Below, piece by piece: positions 54,798-62,435 of a DNA stretch of 64,000 bases. The position numbers were made by a program, and so were the translations under genes. Origin of the DNA: a virus. The first letter of the stretch is position 1. Each line of letters opens with the position of its first letter. The DNA lies in the IMG/VR virus record IMGVR_UViG_3300024275_000007; one strand, 5' to 3'. The notes under the pieces were generated by a model that was not told the DNA's origin, did not search any database, and saw only the letters and a list, made by a program, of their open reading frames with translations.

Positions 54798-55115
54798 ATG
54801 GCTACATCTCATGTCAGGGATACCTGGGTCAAGCTGTCCGGCGGTGAATACGTGCTGATGCAGTGCGACATCCAAGGACTGACATCACACGGTAGTAAGT
54901 TCATTTGGGTGGCTCCCGATAGTGGTAAAAACGAATTAGATACCTGGACCCATGAGACGCTTCATACGGCTCTGCCCAATGCTTCTGAGGAGCAAGTCGA
55001 GCGCATAGCCGGTGATATAGCTGAGGTCTTGTGGAAAGTCGGATATCGTAGACAATTTAAGAACCCTAAAAAGCGCGCAGCCGCTAAGTCCCGCAAACCT
55101 AAGAAGAAGAAATAA
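54798..55115 (+). CDS. small zincin-like (HExxH) protein
   Basis: LDTWTHETLHTALP..SEE.V...A..IA..LW..GYR. Confidence 0.72.
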   Translation: MATSHVRDTWVKLSGGEYVLMQCDIQGLTSHGSKFIWVAPDSGKNELDTWTHETLHTALPNASEEQVERIAGDIAEVLWKVGYRRQFKNPKKRAAAKSRKPKKKK

Positions 55116-57025
55116 TGGCCGCATTCCCTGGCGTTGGTCCGACATTGAGTCCTGGTTCAGGTACTGGCTACGGAGTCATACCGTTTAGCGCGACTGGTGC
55201 TTATGGCAGCGGTGCAACGAATAAGCCTATTCTCAGCCCGTGGATGGACTACTCCACTCCAACGGTCCCCGATAGCCATGATCTCGTTCTTTGGTGGGCT
55301 CAGTATCTCTGGCTGATGGACGGCAATTACCGCAGTGCCATGGAGCGCGTTGCCGCGCACTTCATGACCATGCTGGAGTTCCCCGATCTAGAGCCCGATG
55401 AGGAAAACGCTTGGAAGGACTTCTTCAACGAACACATGGATTACCGCACAGACCTCCTGGCCTGTGCCCATGATTACCTGTGCTTCGGCAACTTATTTGT
55501 AACGATCAACCTGCCGTTCCGCAGATACATGATCTGTCAGAAGTGCCAGTTCGACCAACCGATTTCAGAAGTTGAATATAACTTAACTACCACCGATCGT
55601 GAGCCGTATCTGGTGTGGAACCGTATCCGTAGCTGTCCCAAGTGTGGCGATCAAAAGCCATACATGGTCCACGATAGACGCGATACCGACTTAAGTAAGG
55701 TCAAGCTGAACCGCTATAACCCCATGGAAATGGATATAGCACAGAACCGCTTCAGTCTGAAGAAAGATATCTTCTGGAACATCCCAGAAGATGATCGCAG
55801 AGACATCAACAATCGTGCCCGTATCCATATCGATGACACCCCCTTAGAGATTCTCCAAGCCGTTGCAGTCAGTGGTAAAGTCAAGTTCAACCCCGACTTG
55901 ATCCTGCATATTGAAGAGCCCTGCATCGCTGGTGTCCGTACCCGTGGTTGGGGCATCCCCAGGACTATCGCTACGTGGCGTACCGGTTGGATGCAGCAGA
56001 TGTCTAACAAGATGGATCAAGCCATCATCTCAGATTACACTCTGGGGATGCGTATGATTTCACCGGCTCCGACAGCTGGTGGTACCGACCCCATGCAAGT
56101 CAAGGGCATGCAGGACTTCGTCGCTAATCTCGATGGTATCATTGCACAGCACCGCCTGAACCCCGCTAGTTACCACGCTGTCCCATATGCGTTGAACTAC
56201 CAGTTCTTAGGTGGCGAAGGCAAGGATCTGATGCCACCGGACAAGCTCAAGTTCCGGCAGCAGGAGTACTTGAACCAGATCGGCGTTCCCCTGGAATATC
56301 ACCAGATGAGTCTTTCGACGCAGGCTGCGCCTAACGCGCTGCGGTTGTTTGAGGCCTATTGGCAGCAGGTACCGGCGTTCTACAACAAGGTCCTGAACTG
56401 GATCGTGACCATCATGTCGAAGACTTACAATCTCGACAGCAGCAAGGTCCAGATGCAGAAGACCACTGTAGTTGACGATAGTAACTACAAGGCTCTGTTG
56501 CTCCAGCTCATGGGCGGCAACCAGCTCAGTGCTCAGACTGCTCTTGAGCCTCTTGGCATCGATGCTCACACCGAAGTCAAGAAGGTCATGAAGCACCAGG
56601 AGTACGTCGCTCGGATTCAACAGGAGTACGACGAGAAGGCGGAGAAGCGTCAGGAGATGGCCTCGTTCAAGAAGAACGTCCAGCAGCCTGACGCCAATCA
56701 AGTGATGCAGCAACAGCAGGCAGCGGCACAAGGTGGTCAACCTACACCACCTGGAATGCCTCAGGGCGGCATGCCCATGGGTGGTGCTCCAGGCGCTGGG
56801 TCGTCACCGCAGTCTCTCCAGGAGATCGGTGATCAAGCCATGCAGATCGCGCAGTCATTGGTGACAATGCCGGAATACGATAGAAAGGCGCAGCTCAAGC
56901 AGCTCCGCGAAGGCAATAAGCAGTTGCATGCCCTTGTCACACAAGACCTTGAGGATCTCCGGAGCCAAGCAGGATCACAGGGTAAGGCCATGATTCTGTC
57001 ACCACAGGGTGCTGGTCAGGGCTAA
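55115..57025 (+). CDS. probable portal protein with Zn-ribbon insertion
   Basis: 636 aa; DYLCFGNLFV and GWGIP portal-like motifs; CQKC...CPKC insert; Q/P/G-rich tail. Confidence 0.65.
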   Translation: MAAFPGVGPTLSPGSGTGYGVIPFSATGAYGSGATNKPILSPWMDYSTPTVPDSHDLVLWWAQYLWLMDGNYRSAMERVAAHFMTMLEFPDLEPDEENAWKDFFNEHMDYRTDLLACAHDYLCFGNLFVTINLPFRRYMICQKCQFDQPISEVEYNLTTTDREPYLVWNRIRSCPKCGDQKPYMVHDRRDTDLSKVKLNRYNPMEMDIAQNRFSLKKDIFWNIPEDDRRDINNRARIHIDDTPLEILQAVAVSGKVKFNPDLILHIEEPCIAGVRTRGWGIPRTIATWRTGWMQQMSNKMDQAIISDYTLGMRMISPAPTAGGTDPMQVKGMQDFVANLDGIIAQHRLNPASYHAVPYALNYQFLGGEGKDLMPPDKLKFRQQEYLNQIGVPLEYHQMSLSTQAAPNALRLFEAYWQQVPAFYNKVLNWIVTIMSKTYNLDSSKVQMQKTTVVDDSNYKALLLQLMGGNQLSAQTALEPLGIDAHTEVKKVMKHQEYVARIQQEYDEKAEKRQEMASFKKNVQQPDANQVMQQQQAAAQGGQPTPPGMPQGGMPMGGAPGAGSSPQSLQEIGDQAMQIAQSLVTMPEYDRKAQLKQLREGNKQLHALVTQDLEDLRSQAGSQGKAMILSPQGAGQG

Positions 57026-57033
57026 GTATCGCG

Positions 57034-57061
57034 TTGATATAGCTTTAAGAACCCGTAAATT
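57034..57061 (+). promoter_or_regulatory. possible promoter
   Basis: TTGATA-N16-TAAATT in an AT-rich intergenic gap. Confidence 0.3.
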
Positions 57062-57082
57062 AGAACCAATAAGGAATATCAT

Positions 57083-57286
57083 ATGCCAGATGCAGTAACA
57101 GATGCCAGCAATACCGGAGGCGCTATTGCAAACGCCGGTAAAGCCATTGGCGAAGCAGGCAGCAATGCGGCTGGTGCAGTCGGTAAGTTCATTGAGACGC
57201 ACCCCTATATCTCAGCTGGTGGTGCCGGTGCAGCCGGTCTCCTAGCTGGCGTACTGATTCATAACGCCTCCAAGAAGCGTCAGTAA
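57083..57286 (+). CDS. glycine-zipper mini-protein
   Basis: AAGGA RBS; HPYISAGGAGAAGLLAGVLIHNASKKRQ. Confidence 0.75.
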   Translation: MPDAVTDASNTGGAIANAGKAIGEAGSNAAGAVGKFIETHPYISAGGAGAAGLLAGVLIHNASKKRQ

Positions 57287-57792
57287 TGTCCATTGAGAGC
57301 CTTGCTCAGGCATACCGCAAGGTAGCTGCGGAGAGTCCACTTTTGGGCTATAGACCAGATGGGTCGTTTAGTGCCGCTAAGCCAGTTGGTGCTGCTCTAG
57401 CGACAGTAGCCAGGAATCCCCGCGTAGGTCGCGGCCCTGCGGCGGCAGCAATAGGCACAGCAGCTGTTCCGTTGTTGACGAATCTCGGTGTGATCTACAA
57501 TAACTACAAAGATGCCAACAAGCCTCTTCCTGGAGCTGTTACTCCAGAGGAACTAGCCGCAAACAGGGCTAAGATCGATATTGCACGGGCTAAACCTCCG
57601 ATGCCCAGTAGCGTTGAGAAGCCACAGGTTGACGCCGTTGTAGCTCCTGTGAAGCCACAGCCATGGGCAGAAAAGAATCTTGGTGTCAGTACTGGCTCAA
57701 ATGTCGGTGACGCCGTAGTTGGTGGTGGTGCCGCATTAGCCGGTTTAGCTGCTGCTTATCACTTACTAAAGAAAAAGCAGCCCGAAGAGTGA
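57286..57792 (+). CDS. glycine-zipper protein
   Basis: KVAAE near the N-terminus; C-terminal GGGAALAGLAAAYHLLKKK. Confidence 0.75.
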   Translation: MSIESLAQAYRKVAAESPLLGYRPDGSFSAAKPVGAALATVARNPRVGRGPAAAAIGTAAVPLLTNLGVIYNNYKDANKPLPGAVTPEELAANRAKIDIARAKPPMPSSVEKPQVDAVVAPVKPQPWAEKNLGVSTGSNVGDAVVGGGAALAGLAAAYHLLKKKQPEE

Positions 57793-57827
57793 ATTGTTAG
57801 TTAGGGGTTAATCACTAGGATATAGGC

Positions 57828-59690
57828 ATGGCCGATCCGGCAGTCCAAGGTCGTGTAACACTATCTACGGATACGTTCACTCCTACTCGTAATCTCCTCA
57901 ATGTCGGTTGGCGCGAGAAATACCGCGACGCCCTTAAGAAGATCTGTAGCGCTCCTAAGCTTAGCCCAGATCTGGCAGTTATACTGAAGACCAGCCAAGA
58001 GCTTGATATCCGCGATACTAATCCCGTAGCTCAGCATCCAGCAGTTGCCAAGGCTTACGAGGAACCACAGCATCCCGAACCCGGCGATCCCTTTAAGGCG
58101 CAGGGTCAGTTTCATCCCAATCAAGATATTCCGAGACAGCAGGCACTGGGGTCACTGGCTACTACAACTGCTAGCACGCTGTTCAAAGCCCCGTGGCTCC
58201 GCAACACACTGAATTGGGGCGGTCCCGTAGCTTCTGGTCTATATGCCGGTGCAACGAATCCACCTGAGGTCGCACAACGGGACACCGCTGGGATAGCTGC
58301 GCATCTCAAGAATGTACAACTTCAACAGCAAGCCGCAGCAGCTCATGAAGCAGCGCGTAGCGGCAAGCCCGAAGACGTTCAGGCATATATCAAAGCCGAG
58401 CGGGATTACCGCAATGATCTCCGGAACCAAGCCGCCACTGAGTATAGTACGCATCTAAGTCCAAGTGTTGACAGCAGAAGTGCTGGTCTAACAAACGCAC
58501 TGTGGAACGCCGAAACCGGTGCTCAAGTTGCGGCATCGCTGCCACCCGCTGAAGCTACGGCTAAGGGCGCTTTACTGCGTCGTGCCATGCTGCCCTATGG
58601 CATCTCATCCGCTGTTGGTGCCGGTGCCCAAGCATTAGCTGGTCGTAGTCCCGGCGAGATCGGTGAGACTTTTATACGTAGTGCATTGCCGGAAACAGCG
58701 GCACAACTGGCATATCGCAGAGTTGCCCCATCACTAGTAGGTGCTCGCTTTGCTGCGCTGCGTGGAGCAGGGCCAGCGGCCTTAGCTGCCTCTATACCTA
58801 CGGCAGCGTTTAATATAAACGATTACGCCAACAACATGGATGAGTCCGAGCGAAAGGCTATGCTGCGTCAAGAATCCGAAGAGGCCATGGATCGCGGTGT
58901 CGCCGGTAAGATATATCAGCCCCTGAGAGCGGCCGGCAAATTCATTACTGGTGACTTAACTGGCGCCGCTAACATGACGATTGCTCAGCAGCCGGAATCC
59001 ATGGAAGCCGCGAAGATGGACGCCGCTAATCGTAACAAATACGTGAGACCGCCAATCGAAGCCGGTGATAATCCCAGGGATCCAACCTTCAGTGATCCCC
59101 GTAACAGAATGTACACCCCCAATGATACCAAGCGCTGGATGTCGAATGTCTTAGATGACATGCCTACTGTACCATCGAAGTACGTTTCTCAGCTGATGTC
59201 TGGCGCGTTCCAGAATCCTCGCACCGTAGCGCATGTCAGCAACATCGACGGGGCCATGGCTAGAGTACTCCATGATGCCAAGCGCGAAGGGGTCACTATT
59301 CCACCGGAGAGGATGCCTGAGTTAAAGCGTCGGATCCAGTTAGCGGAACTCCAGAAGCCCGAGAACCAAGAGGCCCTTAAGGCTCTTGAAGCCAACATTC
59401 AAAAGCTGACTGGCACGCAACTTACAGAGAAGGGCGCCAATGATCTTGGGGCTCTTGTAGCTAATATCGGCCCAGCCGGGGCTCAGACAGCCATTGAGCA
59501 AGGTATGTCCGGTAGACTAGATGGCGGTATCTGGATGCAGAAAGATCTCGGTTGGTTCGAACCAAAGGGTCGATTCGCTCCACGGGATACCAGTCAGAAC
59601 GATAAAATGCGGTCGCAAATGTCCGAGGAAGCCAAGGCCAGAGCCATTTATCGTGCAGCACATCCCGATGGTGTCCGCAGGGTAGGGTAA
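57828..59690 (+). CDS. Ala-rich putative internal virion/ejection protein
   Basis: 620 aa, helical and Ala-rich; KTSQE motif. Confidence 0.75.
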   Translation: MADPAVQGRVTLSTDTFTPTRNLLNVGWREKYRDALKKICSAPKLSPDLAVILKTSQELDIRDTNPVAQHPAVAKAYEEPQHPEPGDPFKAQGQFHPNQDIPRQQALGSLATTTASTLFKAPWLRNTLNWGGPVASGLYAGATNPPEVAQRDTAGIAAHLKNVQLQQQAAAAHEAARSGKPEDVQAYIKAERDYRNDLRNQAATEYSTHLSPSVDSRSAGLTNALWNAETGAQVAASLPPAEATAKGALLRRAMLPYGISSAVGAGAQALAGRSPGEIGETFIRSALPETAAQLAYRRVAPSLVGARFAALRGAGPAALAASIPTAAFNINDYANNMDESERKAMLRQESEEAMDRGVAGKIYQPLRAAGKFITGDLTGAANMTIAQQPESMEAAKMDAANRNKYVRPPIEAGDNPRDPTFSDPRNRMYTPNDTKRWMSNVLDDMPTVPSKYVSQLMSGAFQNPRTVAHVSNIDGAMARVLHDAKREGVTIPPERMPELKRRIQLAELQKPENQEALKALEANIQKLTGTQLTEKGANDLGALVANIGPAGAQTAIEQGMSGRLDGGIWMQKDLGWFEPKGRFAPRDTSQNDKMRSQMSEEAKARAIYRAAHPDGVRRVG

Positions 59691-59702
59691 TAGGATATAA
59701 CT

Positions 59703-60722
59703 ATGTCAGTAAATGAGATATACGAGAAATTCTGTGATACCATGAAGGTAGCACAGGATGCACCGATTCAGCCGCCCAATTTCATGGGTGATCTCTCTAA
59801 GAACATCTTAGAGACCGCTAAGTCATGGATGCCCGGCGCACAGGCCCCAGCTGCTCCACAGGCTCCACAGGCTCCAGCGACGCCTAAGGTCGTTGAACCA
59901 GTTGCTCCAGTAGCAGTACCCAAAGCGAACCTCAGTGCTCCCCAGGCCCCAGCTGCTCCAAGCGTGGATGCCGCTAATATCGCTAAGTCAGTTCCCAAAC
60001 CGGATGCTGGGGTGCAAGCTGTCCCTGCTCCAGTAAAGACTGAAGGTACTCCAGCAGCTAGTCCAACGGATAAGCCCGAAGTACCGGCAGCGCCAGCTGC
60101 GCCTAGCCTCGTAGAGAGTGCCAAGGGAGCCATTGCTACCACTGGGGCTAACTCACTGATTAAGAACGTCATGACTGCCGCCAAGGATAATCCTCAGGGC
60201 TTCGGCATCATGGACTGGTTGAAGAACAACTGGGGCGCCATCGCTGTCCCAGCTGGTTTATTGCTATCAGTATTCGGTGGACGTACCGGAGCTATCCTCG
60301 GTGGTATCGCTCTTGGTGCCGGTGGCGCTAATCTCTATGGGCGTTACAAGACGCTGATGTCAAAGGAAGCGCAGCCTGCACTTCAGGAAGTCATTGGTAG
60401 CAACTTCGACAAAGGAGTCATTGAGAGGCTCCAGCAGCAGAATCCAACGCTGGGCCAAGCCGCCTTAGATCTTCAGGCCGCTATTCACTATGGATTCGCC
60501 ACTGATGTCATCAAAGGCATTCAAAGTGGCGGCGAAGCTGCTATCAAGGGCTTCAAGATGTCTCCTGACGCAGAGGCTACGATTCTTCAGCGGTACCGTG
60601 AAGGCACCCAAGCTGATACCTCGCAGTTGCCCGGCATGACTACATGGGGCAGCACCGCTAAGGACTACGTCGGTAATCTCTATGACAAAGGTAAAGAACA
60701 ACTACAGGGTATGATGCAGTGA
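59703..60722 (+). CDS. glycine-zipper protein with Pro/Ala linker
   Basis: KVAQD; WGAIAVPAGLLLSVFGGRTGAILGGIALGAGG. Confidence 0.75.
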   Translation: MSVNEIYEKFCDTMKVAQDAPIQPPNFMGDLSKNILETAKSWMPGAQAPAAPQAPQAPATPKVVEPVAPVAVPKANLSAPQAPAAPSVDAANIAKSVPKPDAGVQAVPAPVKTEGTPAASPTDKPEVPAAPAAPSLVESAKGAIATTGANSLIKNVMTAAKDNPQGFGIMDWLKNNWGAIAVPAGLLLSVFGGRTGAILGGIALGAGGANLYGRYKTLMSKEAQPALQEVIGSNFDKGVIERLQQQNPTLGQAALDLQAAIHYGFATDVIKGIQSGGEAAIKGFKMSPDAEATILQRYREGTQADTSQLPGMTTWGSTAKDYVGNLYDKGKEQLQGMMQ

Positions 60723-61339
60723 GTCTACGGGATGCCGCACAACTGGCGCAACTGATCTCTTCGCGACGCGGTATCGCTGAAGGCTCCGGTTCACTGTTGG
60801 ATAAAGCAGAAGACTTGTCGGTACTCGATAGGGTTCAACAGGCCCCTGACACCGAGGATACTAAGCGCACCCTAGGTAACTTACTCAAGGGTGTTATCGG
60901 CAGTGCTTTCGGTTTCGGGTTAGCCAAGGGTATTAGCTCAGAGATGGGTCTACCAGATGGAGCAGCGGATAACGTAGCCGAAGCCGGCGCATTACTAGGA
61001 GGTCTCGTGGGTTTATCTAAGATCGGTTCAGATGAACGCCTGGCCTTTAGGGCGGCATTCATTAAAGAAGCTATTGCTCAGGGCTACTTCAAGAAGGCCC
61101 TCTTCGACTGGGTGACTGACCTCCCTATGGCCGCAGCTAACATTGCTCACAAAGGCAGTGAAGCTACTGGCGCCGCACTAGGCACAATCGCTAATCCCGG
61201 TGATGCCGATGAAGACATCACTAAGACAAAAGTCGAGACCGAGTTACTGCGTCAGGAACTAGAACGCCTGAGAGCGAAGCAGCAGAACTCCGCGCTTAAG
61301 CAGATACTTGCTAAGCGACGCAGCGTTAGTAATGTTTAG
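60719..61339 (+). CDS. glycine-zipper protein
   Basis: KIGSD and KKALFD motifs; AGALLGGLVG. Confidence 0.75.
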   Translation: MSLRDAAQLAQLISSRRGIAEGSGSLLDKAEDLSVLDRVQQAPDTEDTKRTLGNLLKGVIGSAFGFGLAKGISSEMGLPDGAADNVAEAGALLGGLVGLSKIGSDERLAFRAAFIKEAIAQGYFKKALFDWVTDLPMAAANIAHKGSEATGAALGTIANPGDADEDITKTKVETELLRQELERLRAKQQNSALKQILAKRRSVSNV

Positions 61340-61341
61340 GC

Positions 61342-61689
61342 ATGCCAGAAAGCTCAGTCAATAAAGTCCTGCGGGTGCCACGGGGCGTTCCCACGGCTCG
61401 CTATTATCCACCACAGACCGTTGAAGTTCCGGACAACACTGAAGTACCGCTCTTTGGTAAGGATGATAAGCCCGAGAATAAGCTCCAGCAGATCTTCAAT
61501 GCTAAGATCCGTGTCTTTAACCTCAGTCTAGAACAGGATCTAAAGGACTACACCGACGTCTGGCAAAAGATCACTTTCGGCGAAGGCGCTGTCAGTGAAA
61601 GCATCGTTAACTTCCACAATGGCACCTACGTAGCCTTCTTGCGCTGGTCCGAATTTTCGCTTAAGATACCTGACACAAAGAAAGTATGA
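61342..61689 (+). CDS. hypothetical protein
   Basis: 115 aa, ATGA-coupled to the next gene. Confidence 0.75.
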   Translation: MPESSVNKVLRVPRGVPTARYYPPQTVEVPDNTEVPLFGKDDKPENKLQQIFNAKIRVFNLSLEQDLKDYTDVWQKITFGEGAVSESIVNFHNGTYVAFLRWSEFSLKIPDTKKV

Positions 61690-62432
61690 CCGATTTCAAC
61701 TCCTTTCTAGAAGCGTCTCCATATGTTGCCGGTTCCGCTGCGCTTGTCGGTGGTGGTGCCAGAGCGCTTAAGGGAATCTACGATATGGTTTCCAGAGGAG
61801 ACCCGGAAGCGGCTCCAGTCAACGTCAGCCATACCACGTTGCCAGTAGCTCATGTGCCGGTCCCCGTTAGTGGTGATGAAGCCGATGAGTTGCGGCGCAA
61901 AGGTATTAAGGTCCGTAGAGTATTGAAGCAGGCCTTTGAGTTACCGACATTCAATATCAATCCCGCTGAAGCCATGGGGCTCGGAGCACTCGGTACTGGT
62001 GCCGCTATTGGTGGTTGGAAGTTCGGTAATTGGCTCCTCAACAGAAATCGTCAGGCGGCGGTTAACGAAGAGAAGGAGCGCGTCAAGAATCGCATCAAAG
62101 GTATTCTCAGTGACGCCCCCGACGAGGAAGACGAAACGCTGCACGCCCACATGAAGGCCGCTGAGGATATGCACTTCTTGAAGGTATCATTTAGTAAAGA
62201 AGGCTGGTATCCCGGTAGAGACGTTGTTAACTCCCTCGCTGGTTTGCTAGGGGGCTCATTGGTATTCAGTGGTATGCGGGCCTACAACCAGGCACAGGCC
62301 GGTAGTGAGAGCGCCGCTAAGATCAACGCTTTGAAGGCTATGTTGCGAAAGAAGAAGACTGAACCACCCATGGCTGTCGCTGAACCCGTTGAATATGTGG
62401 ATAACGAACCGCAACTCGCAATGGCGGGGTGA
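61686..62432 (+). CDS. glycine-zipper protein
   Basis: Three Gly-rich hydrophobic segments; KQAFE motif. Confidence 0.75.
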   Translation: MTDFNSFLEASPYVAGSAALVGGGARALKGIYDMVSRGDPEAAPVNVSHTTLPVAHVPVPVSGDEADELRRKGIKVRRVLKQAFELPTFNINPAEAMGLGALGTGAAIGGWKFGNWLLNRNRQAAVNEEKERVKNRIKGILSDAPDEEDETLHAHMKAAEDMHFLKVSFSKEGWYPGRDVVNSLAGLLGGSLVFSGMRAYNQAQAGSESAAKINALKAMLRKKKTEPPMAVAEPVEYVDNEPQLAMAG

Positions 62433-62435
62433 TAA

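Noticed and set aside
35489-57827. A conserved phage late-promoter motif (TAAATAG, TAAAATAG, TAAATTAG at about 37988, 45551 and 57056)
   Set aside because: Too few and too degenerate to separate from AT-rich intergenic background without motif statistics.
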